From positions 124,001-188,000 of the forward strand of contig JAUCBJ010001140.1 of NCBI GenBank assembly GCA_032718475.1: DNA of 64,000 bases, in the 5' to 3' direction. Made by a program: the position numbers and the translations under genes. The DNA is from Nemertoderma westbladi. Taxonomy: Eukaryota; Animalia; Xenacoelomorpha. This document shows, one piece after another, positions 35,513 through 48,464 of this stretch (positions are counted from its first letter, which is position 1; every line of letters starts with the position of its first letter). Below the pieces are notes generated by a model. That model did no database searches. It had not been told where the DNA came from and saw only the letters and a program-made list of their open reading frames with translations.

Positions 35513-37192
35513 CTATAACCTGCCATCAAACATGTTCCTAAACCGCCAAACAAACTTACTGCCCAATTGGTAACTGCCATATTCGTTAACATGAACTCCA
35601 TCTGGAAAAAACGAGGTCATCGAGAAACTCCCTTTGCGTATGATAGACTTGTTTGGATCACAGAAAGTAACATTGTCTCCAAACTCGATGTTGTGCTGTT
35701 TCATTGTGTGGTACAGTGATTCATTAAGATTCTGGGTTATCTGTGGTGGCACATTCGGATCGCCAGGCCTCACAAACATTCCAGTCAAAATCAATCGGGC
35801 AGATCGATTTCTTTTACGGACTTCTTGGAATAACATCCTGATTTGCTGCATCATTGCCATAGGAAGTAAATCCTGGCTGGAATTACCGCACATAAGTACC
35901 ACTACATCCTCATTGCCTCTCACACTATTCCATATGACCCTCGGAAAGTCAGCCAGCCACAAATTCTCCCCAGCATCAGAGGTGTCGTAGCAAGTAACAT
36001 CTCGCATCTCCTTCTCAATAATCGGCTTCATGTTACCACAAATGCCATCAGATATAAATATAACCTTGTAACCACGCCGAGGTGGGTTACGTAATGGTGA
36101 TCGGGATCGTGATCTCTGAGATCTCGAATGTGGACCTGCTGGGCGCGGAGGCCGTCTGGAAGGACCAGAATCCCTGATAATGGGACCTTTCCCCCTAACA
36201 ATTCCTGCTGCACTCTTAGCACTGCGTGTCAGGGATGATATTCTTACCCAAACTTGATCCTTCAACACTTTAATGGCATCTTTACGATCCTCCAGGACTT
36301 TCTTAACACCTTCTTCGCCAGTAGATTCCACTAGCTGCTTCCTTAACTCCATCATAAACAAACCACCCATATTTTTACCTTTCATTTCATTTGCAGTAGG
36401 CCTAATCCTTGGAGGACCAATATTGCCACCACTACGGAGAATTCCGCACAATTCAGGGTCGCTCCCAACCACAGATAGACAGTCGTCTCCTGTCCCAAGG
36501 AGTAGTTCACCAAGATCATTACGACCCTCAATCAAGGTCCGCATGGCATTTTTCCAAATCATAAGCTTTTTCATTTCCCAAGAATCTAGCTGCTCTTTAT
36601 TTTCCTTTTCCCACTTCGCAAGTGATCTCTGAATATCACGGGTCTCCATAAAACGAAATATTTCAAGCTCTTCAACCGACCTACCAAGACAAATTGCCTT
36701 TTCCATTTTAAGGAGACTGTCTAAGCCTAACACACTGAGACCATTGCTTGCTGTAAACTCCCACCGATACCCAAATGGACAACCGAATCCAAAAATGCAC
36801 AATTTTGGCTTTGGGATATTTGGCTTTGTCGGCTTTACAGTAGCTTGTGGTTCAGCTTCAGCATCTTTCTGAAGCATTTTTTCCAAAGCACGAACCTGAT
36901 CCTGCAACTTCCGAATGGCGCCCTCCTTGTCATCGTCATTAACTGTCTCAGCATCCCCCCCGGCCTCCCCAAAACCAATATTCTGAGTCACTTGGATATC
37001 ATTATCAACAGCAACTGCATCAACTTTAGCCAGGTCATCACAAATAATAGTGTCTGCTGTCTGAATATCACTAGTACAAGGCTCAGGCTCATGCACAGGC
37101 TCGGCAGCTATTGACTGATTTGGCAATGACTCGATTGGAGGTGGGCCATCCTCAAACTCATCCACATCTGATGTTGATGTCAGGGAAGACAT
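35513..37192 (-). CDS. Intronless 559-aa protein: acidic N-terminus, coiled coil, NADAR(YbiA)-like domain, RS-rich linker, SGNH/GDSL-like domain
   Basis: NADAR-like aa ~132-287 (EKA, W..KK, LLLGTGD.L, GKNMGGLFMMELRKQL); SGNH-like aa ~376-555 (VIFISDG, VVVLMCGN, LILTGMFVRP, DGVHVNEYG); long open frame with higher GC than flanks. Confidence 0.8.
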   Translation of the reverse strand: MSSLTSTSDVDEFEDGPPPIESLPNQSIAAEPVHEPEPCTSDIQTADTIICDDLAKVDAVAVDNDIQVTQNIGFGEAGGDAETVNDDDKEGAIRKLQDQVRALEKMLQKDAEAEPQATVKPTKPNIPKPKLCIFGFGCPFGYRWEFTASNGLSVLGLDSLLKMEKAICLGRSVEELEIFRFMETRDIQRSLAKWEKENKEQLDSWEMKKLMIWKNAMRTLIEGRNDLGELLLGTGDDCLSVVGSDPELCGILRSGGNIGPPRIRPTANEMKGKNMGGLFMMELRKQLVESTGEEGVKKVLEDRKDAIKVLKDQVWVRISSLTRSAKSAAGIVRGKGPIIRDSGPSRRPPRPAGPHSRSQRSRSRSPLRNPPRRGYKVIFISDGICGNMKPIIEKEMRDVTCYDTSDAGENLWLADFPRVIWNSVRGNEDVVVLMCGNSSQDLLPMAMMQQIRMLFQEVRKRNRSARLILTGMFVRPGDPNVPPQITQNLNESLYHTMKQHNIEFGDNVTFCDPNKSIIRKGSFSMTSFFPDGVHVNEYGSYQLGSKFVWRFRNMFDGRL

Positions 37193-37433
37193 AATAATAT
37201 TTTATTATATAAATATGAGTAGAGAATAACACAACACGACCGGGACCGCTACAGTCAGACAGTCACAGTACTGTACTGTACTGTACTCTACAGTACTGTG
37301 TTATAAATGATCATATATGGCTACACCGTGGACTGTGTGGATTGTGTACCGGTATATAATAATACAGTGATTCTGCCACCCAGACCCTGAGACCAGAAGG
37401 CATTCTTGCACACTTCTGTACTTTACCAGTTTA

Positions 37434-38860
37434 CACAGTGGTAAGAAATTTTTTTATTGGTTCCCCTGTGCCCGTGCCGAACCACTTATACTTTTTTTTC
37501 AAACTTTAATGATTCCCCTATGCCCATGGCAAACCACTTACACTTTTTTCAAAAGTTTGTTGATTCAGCTACGTCCATAGCAAACCACTCCTTTTCAAAG
37601 TTTGTTGATTCCTCTATCCTATGCCCTTATTAAGAAACCTAATTATTTTATTTATTAACATTTTATTTATTTATTAATAGACAAATTTAAATTAAAGCTA
37701 TGATAGTGGATTCTATTTTCTTTTGAGTATTTGCCATTATATTTACAAACTATGTAAAATCATTTTGAGAAACTTAAACGCTCTTTGGGACAAAAACACC
37801 CTGTATGGGATACAAACACCCTATATGGGACATAAACAACCTATTTGACATAAACAACCTATTTGGGACAAATTGGAATTAAAGCTATGATTATGAAGTC
37901 GATATTCTTTTCAGTACCGTATTCCTTTACATTTATAAACTATTTGAAATAATTTTGATAAAGCCACAGGCTATTTTGGACAAAATCATCCTATATGGGA
38001 CACTAACAACCTAGTTGAGGCAAATTTAAGACTTATTAAGGACTATTTGGGATGAAGTTGAGTCTGGGGGAGGAGGGTGTGCTATCACTAATTTGATTGT
38101 CATTTAATTATTATTATACGAATGTATTTAGATTTATTATAAGTGAATAAATTGCACCACATGAATAAATTGCACAACATGAATAAATTTCACAATATGA
38201 ATAAATTGCACCACATGAAATAATCGTGACTATGATGACACTATTGCCTATAATGCATCACAGTCTTACAGGCCATTTGCAAGGCACCCACAGTATATCT
38301 TTAACCATAACTAGGGAAGAAGTATTCCAAATGCCCGTATTTAGAATGGGAATTTCCACTGTACATATACCTCAATGGGCTCTTGTCCCAAATACGTTGC
38401 TCTGTCCAGTATAGGCTGTTATAATGAGCCCCGGATTCGTAGTTGACATATGGATTATATATCAGTGGAATTTTCCATTAAACTTTACATTATATAGCCA
38501 ATAAGGGAGATGCCTAACTTTAGGAATGTTGGTATTGGTACAAAGACGAGGAGTGGGCTCATATAATTTGATTGAATGCCCCTATATTGGACAGGTTGAA
38601 AATCATTACACAACGTATTTGGGACAGGTAGGAATAATAGAAAGCCCCATAAAAGTGAAGGGAAACACCCTATTCTGGACAATGATGTAGATACTATTGT
38701 AAATTTGCCGGAAAATCTACAGAAATACACCCCAGGTCGTGTACGGTAGCCTATTTAATGTGGTGTAAATTTTACGGCTGCAAGGATGATGTAGCCTTCG
38801 CGCAGCACGTGAAAAAAACTGTCTTTTCTCGAAAAATACTTAACTTAATTTGACCACTGT
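37434..38860. mobile_element. Possible degenerate Transib-like non-autonomous element
   Basis: Starts CACAGTGGT, candidate end ACCACTGTC; subterminal AACCACT and GGGACA..ACC(C)TAT repeats; no TSD. Confidence 0.3.
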
Positions 38861-38892
38861 CAGTTCTTGGTACTGCCCTGCCAGCCCAGACA

Positions 38893-39329
38893 GGAATCCA
38901 TACACTTTGCGCTTTACAAAAAAAGCGCCAATGTGGTGGGTGCGCGCTCGAAAATCGTAAAGCGCGCCGGCTTTGGCACTCCCAAAAATAAAACCAGCAC
39001 CGATTTGTTGGTTTAACAATTATGGAAGTGCCTTAAAAATTGCATTAGCTGTTTAAAAATTTCGGCTCGATTCGCTTGCCTTTCTTTTTTCCTTTGTAGG
39101 CCTATGGTTACTGCTGTACAGGGACAGTTACAGCAGTACTGACATTGGCAGACTGGTTACACTCATTCAAAATTGAAATTGTATTGACGCGGCACTCTTC
39201 AATATTGTTTCAATCTGCGGTGCGCTTAAAAATTTCATTGGCGCGGTGTTTGCTTCGAAATTGCATCGGCGCGCGGTGCGCATAAAAATTGGTCGACGCG
39301 CTATCTGACGCACTTTTTGGATGGATTCC
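38893..39329. mobile_element. Possible MITE
   Basis: Short TIR GGAATCCAT / ATGGATTCC with repeated GCGC motifs; TSD imperfect. Confidence 0.35.
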
Positions 39330-39630
39330 ATACAGGCTGCCAGTACTAGATAACCGCACACCGGTGCCTAATGCTCTGTAAGTAGGCAATCAACTACTGA
39401 CTAATAGACAAAAAATATTTTAAATGGTGATGTTCAATAGTATCGGCAGCACTGGCACTGGGGGAGGAGAGGAAGAATGCCAGTTTAAGTGCATGGACGA
39501 TTTACGAATAGCAGAGATTTGGCGGACGTCATCTGCCAGTCTGCAACAGTGTTTCAGTGGTGGATAAGACACAGTCTCAGTCTGGAAACCGAAACAACGT
39601 TGTTGTTGCTGGGTGGCAATGAAGCGGGAT

Positions 39631-41085
39631 GGGTGCTGGTCACCTCGCCGCACTGCCACTTCGCCGCAGGTAACCTCGCCGCAGATAATGTGCGGCGAAG
39701 TAGGTGTCTTTGCGGCGAGGTGTCTCACTGCGAATGCCATTTCGCCGCAAATTATCAGACACCACGCCGCAAGTCAATATTAATCATTTATTTCTATATT
39801 TTTCAGGGAAGCCTACTAAGCCTAGTTATAGCATTGGACATTATTATAATAAGAAGAAATAAAATAATAAGGTAAGGTTTGTTGTTCTAATATAATTACT
39901 GTATTATTATAGATACAGTAAGAGTATTTGAGTACCGGGTAACGTATTAGATTATAGTAAAACAGTCCTAGTCGCATGTTTGTCAAAAACAGTTGTCAGT
40001 TGTGTGATCAGTTGTTTAAAACAAGTGTGACGTTATGAACGTTAAAAAATTATATTTAAAATTGCAATGTATGCCTACAGTATATTTCACTAGTTCAATT
40101 TTGGAATAAAACATTTCATTTGCGAAATGTATCTATCAGTATATCTAATAACTATTTACGTACCGGTACATGTACAATGCGTACACGTAGTTTTAGTTTA
40201 GTAATGCAGAAACTAAGTACAGAAACGGAAGTAAGGCAAGTTGTTCTTGTCTGTTCGGCTGTCTGTCAGTGTGTCGGTCCGTCGGTATCAAAAGTTTACA
40301 TCCCTTCTTAAGATTTTATCTAGGCCTACTCGCCTACTACACACACACAAAGTTTCAGCAAATTTCACCTAGCCGTTGCCGAGATATTGACGTTCAAACA
40401 TTGAGCCAGACTAACACACGGACAGACATGCGGACTATTCAAATATTGCTCATAATATGTCTATGCAAAGGCATACTGAGTCCGAGGATCGGTGGATCAC
40501 CCCACAAAATCAAGAAAAGCTCTATAGCCTGAAATATATAGAGTTACAATAACTGAATAACAAAATCGCTGGTAATTCGGTAATCCGTGTGACCAACAAT
40601 TATCGGTACGTGGGTTCAACAACTGAACATTTTTGACAAACATATGATTAGGACTGTTTTACTATAATCTAATGTTACTCAAATACTCTTACTGTACTGC
40701 TGTATCTATAATAATACAGTACCGGTAATTATAATAGATTATTCTAATCATATAAAGATATAGAATATGTTACTCAAATACTCTTACTGTATCTATAATA
40801 ATACAGTAATTATAATAGAACATGAACAACAAACCTTACCGTATTATTTTATTTCTTCTTATAATAATGTCTGAACGTCCAATGCTATAACTAGGCTTAG
40901 TACTGTAGTAGGCTTCCTTGCTGCCCTGTAAATATAGAAATAAATGAATAATATTGACTTGCGGCGAGGTATCCGATAATTTGCGGCGAAATGGCATTCA
41001 TAGTGAGACACCTCATCGCAACGCAAGACACCTCGCCGCACATTATCTATGGCGAAGTGGCAGTGCGGCGAGGTGACTAGCACCC
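39631..41085. mobile_element. MULE/Mutator-like non-autonomous element with long TIRs
   Basis: GGGTGCT(G/A)GTCACCTCGCCGCACTGCCACTTCGCC ends, inverted homology for roughly 350-400 bp; 9-bp TSD AAGCGGGAT. Confidence 0.9.
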
Positions 41086-42215
41086 AAGCGGGATGACGCG
41101 AACGAGAAAGTAAAATTACAATTGTTCCCAAAGGTTTATAGTCTGTTAGTTGGAATTGTGGCCCATACTTGTTGCATGTATTAATTAGGCCTATAATCTG
41201 ATAATTTTTAGTTAATTTCGAACTTTTTAAATAATATAACTTTACAATTACAATATAATTATGTCTGACAGTAATTTGTTGTGGCGTTTTATGAAAGTGA
41301 AGTATTAGGCCTATTCATGCTGTAATTGAGTTCTCCCTCTGCAATTTTGCGGGCTTGGGACCGTTTCTGTTTTTTGAACATAAAAGGCTGCATTAAAACT
41401 CATAAGATTGTATTGTAATAGGGGCCTACTCTCTGACTGATGACAGCTAGATCAGCCCCCGCTCAATGCATGGCTCGCCCCACAATCAGACAATGCTTTG
41501 TTTTATTTTGCACATCATGTGCGCCCCTCTAAACGATTTGAACTACACTTGGATACACGTTTTGCAAGCGTTTCTCACTAGTTTGTACTCTTTTGTACTA
41601 ATTTTGCACTCTTTTGTACTATTTTTGCACTTTATTGTACTCTTTTGTACTATATTGTACTATTTTGTATTTTTTTGTACCCCCTTAGATGGATTGCCCA
41701 CAATGTTGTACTTGAAAGGTGTGAAAAAAAGTGAAAAACCAATGTCAATGTCATTTCAATAGGCACAAAGATGGTTCAGTTGGGCAGCTGATAGATGTTA
41801 TGAAGGTTAAAGATGATGACTGGATGACGTTTTAGCTCAACTGGCTCAGGCAGGAGTGGGACACGTTCGTGGGACCTTTGCGCAGCATGAAGTGAGCAAA
41901 GCCTTAGCTGATAGGGGCCCCACCCCATTAACATGTTGTCTTTCGTTAGTCAGAGGTCGTTCAACACAATACTCGTCTCCTTAATTTGCCTCATTGCGTT
42001 CGTTTGTTTTTTACCAAACTTCAGATTATTTATAATCTTTCGACAGACTACGTATATACATACTAAGTTTCGTTTAATTTCATCAAGGAATGACTGAGTT
42101 ATTAGCGATACAAAATTTACAACGACGACAGACAACTCGTTAATAGCACCCATATGCTAAGGCTTCGCTCACTTGAACGTGGCTCTCCCCCACATTCAAT
42201 CCGGTTCGACGCAGT

Positions 42216-43745
42216 TTGTTGCTCATTGTTGCTCATTGCTGCTCGTTGTGCTATATTATTTCTCATTGTTGGTCATTGTTGGTAATTGTTGCTGGTTGTT
42301 GGTCATTGTTGCTTGTTGGTGCTCATTGTTGCTCGTTAGTTGTACTTTATTATTGCTCGTTGTACTCTATTATTGCTCGTTGTTGCTCATTATTACTCAT
42401 TGTTGCTCGTTGTTTCTCATTGTTGTACTTTATTATTGGTCATTGTCAGATTGTTGCTCATTGTTGCTCAATATTACTCATTGTTGCTTGGTCAGTCGTT
42501 GTTGCTCATTGTTTCTCGTTGTTGCTCATTGTTGCTCGTTGTTGTTCTTTATTATTGCTCATTGTTGCTCAGTGTTTCTCATTGTTGCTCGTTGTTGCTC
42601 AATGTTACTCGTTGTTATACTTTATTATTGCTCAATGTTACTCGTTGTTACTCATTGTCATTGTTGCTCATTGTTACTCGTTGTTCCTCATGTCCTAATT
42701 ATTGGTCGTTGTTTCTCGTTGTTGTACTTTATTATTGTTCATTGTTGTTCGTTGTTTCTCAATGTTGCTCGTTGTTGTACTTTATTATTGCTCGTTCAGT
42801 CGTTGTTCCTCATTGTTGCTCGCTGTTTCTCGTTGTTGCTCATTGTTGCTCGTTGTTGCTTATTATTACTCATTGTTACTCGTTGTTGCTCATTGCTGCT
42901 CGTTGTTGTACTTTATTATTGCTCGTTCAGTCGTTGTTCCTCATTGTTGCTCGCTGTTTCTCGTTGTTGCTCATTGTTGTACTTTATTATTGCTCATTGT
43001 TGCTCGGTGTTTCTCAATGTTACTCGTTGTTATACTTTATTATTGCTCAATGTTACTCGTTGTTACTCATTGTCATTGTTGCTCATTGTTACTCGTTGTT
43101 CCTCATGTCCTAATTATTGGTCGTTGTTTCTCGTTGTTGTACTTTATTATTGTTCATTGTTGCTAGTTGTTTCTCAATGTTGCTCGTTGTTGTACTTTAT
43201 TATTGCTCATTCAGTCGTTGTTCCTCATTGTTGCTCGCTGTTTCTCGTTGTTGCTCATTGTTGCTCGTTGTTGTTCATTATTACTCATTGTTACTCGTTG
43301 TTGCTCATTGTTGCTCGTTGTTGTACTTTATTATTGCTCATTCAGTCGTTGTTCCTCATTGTTGCTCGCTGTTTCTCGTTGTTGCTCATTGTTGTACTTT
43401 ATTATTGCTCATTGTTGCTCGGTGTTTCTCAATGTTACTCGTTGTTGCTCATTGTTGCTCGTTCAGTCGTTGTTCCTCATTATTGCTCATTGTTCTTCAT
43501 TGTGTCTCGCTGTTGCTCAATGTTACTGTAGTAGTCGTAGTTGCTCATTGTTACTTGTTGTTGCTCATTGTTGCTCATTCAGTCGTTGTTCCTCATTATT
43601 GCTCGTTGTTGTACTTTATTATTGCACAATGTTACTCTTTGTTGCTCATTGTTGCTCGTTGTTACTCGTTGTTGCTCATTGTTTTGTTACTCATTGTTCA
43701 TTTGTTGCTCGTTGTTGCTTATTGTTGGTCATTGTTGCTCGTGGT
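42216..43745. repeat. Complex low-complexity satellite built from TTGTTGCTC(A/G) 10-mers with higher-order blocks
   Basis: Reiterated TTGTTGCTCA/TTGTTGCTCG/TACTTTATTA; marker CCTCATGTCCTAATTATTGG recurs at about 42686 and 43101. Confidence 0.92.
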
Positions 43746-44780
43746 GCATTTTTGCACCTATCCAATTAAGCTCAGAAGCTCCCTTATCTCTGCATCTTGC
43801 AATGTCCTGTCAAGGTTAGGCAGGTAGGAGGTAACTGGTCATAACTGTCATAAGCAGATAAGGGCAGAAGGAGGACGATGCTGGAGACGAGCTGACGAGG
43901 TTATAAGAGACATTATATAAGGATATTTACTTTAATTTATTTAATTTAATATATGAGAAATGAGGCCAGTATTGGTTGACAGAAGGAGATACGCAATGCG
44001 TATCCCATTGCGCCCCATAATAGCCTCTCGTCAACAAGTCAACCCCATCGACTAGCGGCACTGGCTGTTTCAGCTGACGGGGGTCTGTCGAAAAACGCGT
44101 CCCTGATTCAGTAAGGGCCCTCTTTTGAGGAGCAATATTATTATTGTCGCGGAACTGCTTCTACTCTCTGTGAGAAATGAGAAATATTTAATTTATTTAA
44201 GGAGTAGGCTATGCAGATTTTGGAATGAAATTGTATACCTAAATAAGAAACCCATGTCAAAAAGTTCTTATTTAAGGACTTTTAGTATTTATGTGTACAA
44301 TTTCGATGTCTTAAATAAGGTAAATTTAAAAAATCCCTCTTATTTAGGAACTGGTCGTATTTTTGATGCATTTTTAAAACGCTTGTAGAAAAAAAACCGG
44401 ACGGTGAAATGTTTTCTGGTTTTTTGCATTATGTTCAAGAAAGAACCAACTTTTATATTGTGAAATAAAATTATGCGGTATTTTTTACTGAAACAAGTTC
44501 TTGCATATTATGTCGAAAAAATATCCAAAAATGGCCCAAAAACCCCTAAATAAGAGCCATTTTCCTTATAAGAACCCACTTTTGGAGCTTATTTAAGGGT
44601 ATGTTCCCTACTGTCATGTAATTAATAATTATATAATACATTTTTAATAATAGTTTTTTTAGTTAATCTGTTAATTACAGGTATTTGTACTGAAGTTGAA
44701 GTATAGGCCTTACAGCCTTAAGTAATTTTTAATTAATCTATCATTTTTTAGTACCGGTACGATTTTTAGTAGGCCTAGGT

Positions 44781-45250
44781 TTTTTACGTCAAATTATTAT
44801 TAAGCAATTATATTATTACCGGCTCTTTCCGGTTTCAGGGGCACTGATTTTTTAACAACTGCAGTATTACTGTCAACTGTTATTTATTGTACCGGTTCAC
44901 CAGTATTGGTGTACAGGTGTATAAACACAACATTTTACGTCAAATTATTATTAAGCAATTATTTTATTACCGGCTCTTTCCGGTTTCAGGGGCACTGAAT
45001 TTTTAATTTTTATTTTTTGATCGTTTATTGTTTTGGTTAGAAAACCCCGTCTCTGTAACCTGCTCCTTTCCCTCAATTGGTAAAGTGGCTGTGTATTGTC
45101 TTGGGGTTTGGTAAAGTGATCGTATATTGTTTTGGTTAGAAAAGCCCGCCTCTGCAGCCTGCTCCTTTCCCACAATTGGTAAAGTGGCCATTTATTGTTT
45201 TGGTTAGAATAGCTGAATAGCCTGCCTATATAATCTGGTCCTTTCCCTCA
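44781..45250. repeat. Local direct repeats (~70-bp pair, then ~100-bp units)
   Basis: TTTTACGTCAAATTATTATTAAGCAATT...GGGGCACTGA twice; TATTGTTTTGGTTAGAA three times. Confidence 0.7.
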
Positions 45251-45859
45251 AAAAAAAAGTGAAATTAATTTGCATGCACATAAAATTAATTTGAATTGTT
45301 TAATATTCGTACTGGTATTTCTATATTATACTCAGATTATGTTATGTTATTATCATTAGCACATTAGGCCTATGTATTATAAAAATATTGATTGAGAAAA
45401 CCATGTTTATCTAAAATCTTTATAATTTTTGGGAAAATTTTTCTCGTCTTTTTTCCCGCTATTTCCCCGAGGAGACCGGGAAATTTGAGAAAAATATCAG
45501 TCTTTTCATATATAGACAATGTTGAATGTTGAATGTAGAAATGAATATGAGAAAATTTTTCTAAGTGTTTTCCCATCAGACAAGTGTTTTAGACACATGC
45601 TGACATGCGTTTTTTGCGTTTCAGTGTCCCCCAAACCGGAAATTCCCATATTACCGCTACCGGTACTGTACCTACTGTATTACAGTGCATATTTTTTGGA
45701 ATTGTGGTATTTTGTACAATAATAAATCTACTTGCAGTTCTGCAGTTTGTGGCATTTATTATAGTTAATTACTGGTAGCAGTTTTAGTTAATTGTAATTA
45801 TATGCCATACTGCCATATTACAGTAGGCCTATTACAGTGTAATGTATGCTAATCAAGTA

Positions 45860-46697
45860 GGGTAAGACGGGGTAAAATGGGACAAGGGGTAAAATGGGAC
45901 ATGTCGGGGTAAAATGGGACATGCATATTTTTGGCCAATTTTTTTTTTAAAGAACACTTTTGTTTTAGGTCTGTTTTAATATATTTTTAATTGAGAAACT
46001 AAATGTTACATTTTTATATAGGTAGCACATATGATGAGATCAAGATCACACGATGAAAGCAATTTGTTAAGCGCGTATACACTTTAAAGTTAGGACACTT
46101 CCTATCATTCATTTTCTTCGATATTATATGCATTAGAATCGCAATCATCGATTTAGTGGGTTGTGGGTGTAGAACAAGTCCAAATGTTCAAATTCCTGAT
46201 CGTTTTTGAGTTACACAGATTTGTAGTTTTACCTTGATAGATGTAGATAGGTGTAACTCAGTAAATAATGCCTAGATGATTTTTCTCTGTGATTGTTGAG
46301 TTTTATAGCTTTTATAGCTACTACTGCATTTAGTTATTAGGCCTAGCTCATACTGGTCTTAACTACTCATACTCATACTGCTATTTCAACTCATACTGTC
46401 ATAGGCCCTAATCTTAACTTGACTAACTAACACTAACAATGCCTCATGTCCCACTTTACCCCGGATGTCCCACTTTAGGGACTTTACAGCTTTACCCCAC
46501 TCGGGGTAAAGTGGGACACTGCAATTTTTTTAAAAATCAACCACCTGAACCAAAGGCTCAGGGGTTTATTTTGGTACATTCTGATAGCCCAGAGTTCAAA
46601 TGTACAGAATATGCTTTGATTATATCCATCCAGGAAAATCCCTCTTCTTTATAGAACCAAACATACCAAACTTGTCCCATTTTACCCCGTCTTACCC
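45860..46697. mobile_element. Tc1/mariner (pogo-like) MITE
   Basis: 27-bp perfect TIR GGGTAAGACGGGGTAAAATGGGACAAG, TA on both sides, internal GGGGTAAA(A/G)TGGGACA repeats. Confidence 0.88.
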
Positions 46698-46736
46698 TAT
46701 TGTTATTATTACTACTGTTATGTCTGTATGTTAATA

Positions 46737-47150
46737 CAGTTAGGAACACTGGTCACTTTCTGGCTGAAGCTCAGCCAAAAATTGTCCACATATTTACAGC
46801 CAGAAAGTGTCCGTGCAGCCAATATTTGTCCTTCACAGGATGCGATTATCTTTCCGGACATATTTTGGCTGTAACTCCAATAGTACTCAAAGCAGAAGCT
46901 GGGCACATTTTTATTTTTAATATTATGATAGTTATCCCAACGATGAGATTCTAATTCTCAAATTAATTTACACAGAATTTTATGGCGGTTCTAATGGCAT
47001 AATTTTTAGAATGCCAATGTTAAAATTTCACTGCCGGTTTTCAAATGAAATTTAGCATTGTTTTCTATGGAGAAATTTCACTCTGAGAGCGTTTTCCGCG
47101 GACACATTCTGGCTGTAAATTGGACATATTGTGACCAGTGTTCCTGACTG
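46737..47150. mobile_element. Tc1/mariner-like MITE
   Basis: TA|CAGTTAGGAACACTGGTCAC ... GTGACCAGTGTTCCTGACTG|TA; a second right-end copy at about 48065-48160. Confidence 0.75.
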
Positions 47151-47383
47151 TAATAAATACAATTTCAAATAATTTGGTTTCTTAATAAGGGCATAGCCAT
47201 AGCATAGACTGATAGAGGAATCAACATACTTTGAAAAGGAGTGGTTTGCCATGGACATCAGGACATAGCAGCATAGCTGAATCAACAAACTTTTGAAAAA
47301 GGTAGGGCCTATAAGCAGATAAGTGGTTCGTCATGGGCATAGGGGAAGGGGTGAAAAAAAAAGTATAAGTGGTTCGCCACGCG

Positions 47384-48040
47384 CAGTCGGGGAGAAGTTC
47401 AAATCCTGAAATCTCAACGGAGTTGAAATTTTTAACTCTTTTTTTTTAATTCAACTTTTAAGTTGTAAATTCAACTTTAAAATGGCAGCTGAAAGACAGA
47501 AAGAGCCAGAAGGGCCCCCAAGACGTTACAGTTACATAAGCAGAGAAGGGGTGTTTTTATTGTTTTTATGGGTGTAACTCGAAACATCAACCCACATTAC
47601 CGACAGACCGATGGAATAAAAACTTTCACCGTCGGGATTACATTTTTTAAAAACATTTTAAGTAATTAGGCCCTACATATTTGCAAATTATCTGAGAAAT
47701 ACTACTACTGTGCTACAGGAATTTATTAGATGTAGGCCTATTACAGTATTAAATTACCGCTATAGGCCAGTCGGCCTATGTCTGTATGCCATAGGCATAG
47801 GCAATAGGGGGCCTAATTATTATACAATGGAATAGGCCTACCAGAATGTTGTAATGGATTCCAATTCCATATTTCAGTATTTCCAAACCTACTCAAAAAG
47901 TTAAATTAAAAAAAAACGTTGAATTTTAAACCCTTCTCCAAATGCCAAAAGTTGAATTTTAATAAAAAGTCAGAAAGTTGAATTTTAAAAAATAAAGTTG
48001 AAATTTCAACTCAGTTGAAAATAGAACTTCTCCCCGACTG
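47384..48040. mobile_element. TIR MITE with CAG termini and 5-bp TSD
   Basis: 17-bp TIR CAGTCGGGGAGAAGTTC; TSD ACGCG on both sides; subterminal GTTGAA/TTCAAC repeats. Confidence 0.85.
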
Positions 48041-48464
48041 ACGCGGGCCCAGTGGGCAGTATTGATAAATTTCACTCGGAGTGAAAGCGTTTACAGATTA
48101 CAGCGGACACATTTTGGCTGTAAAATGGATAAATTGTGATCAGTCTGTCAGTGTTGTTCCTGCTGTCGCTGTCCTGCCTGTCAGCCTGTATAGGCCTATA
48201 CAGCTATATGCTACATATCAGTAGGCCTACCGGTATTACCTGATTACAGTATTATCAGAATATATATTACTGTATTACTGCATTACTGTATTTATAATAT
48301 TATATATCTGTATATAGTATGGTACTGTACCGGTAGTACTACAGTAGGCTGGTAGGCCTACAGTCTGACAGTTATAAATACAGCCTAGGTATCATATAGC
48401 TTGCCGCTTACTGACTTACCGGTACAGGAGATTGACAGGAGCTGCAGAAGCAGGGTAAATCTTT

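Noticed and set aside
41437-41465. Hammerhead ribozyme core (CTGATGA)
   Set aside because: No correctly placed GAAA or closing stems
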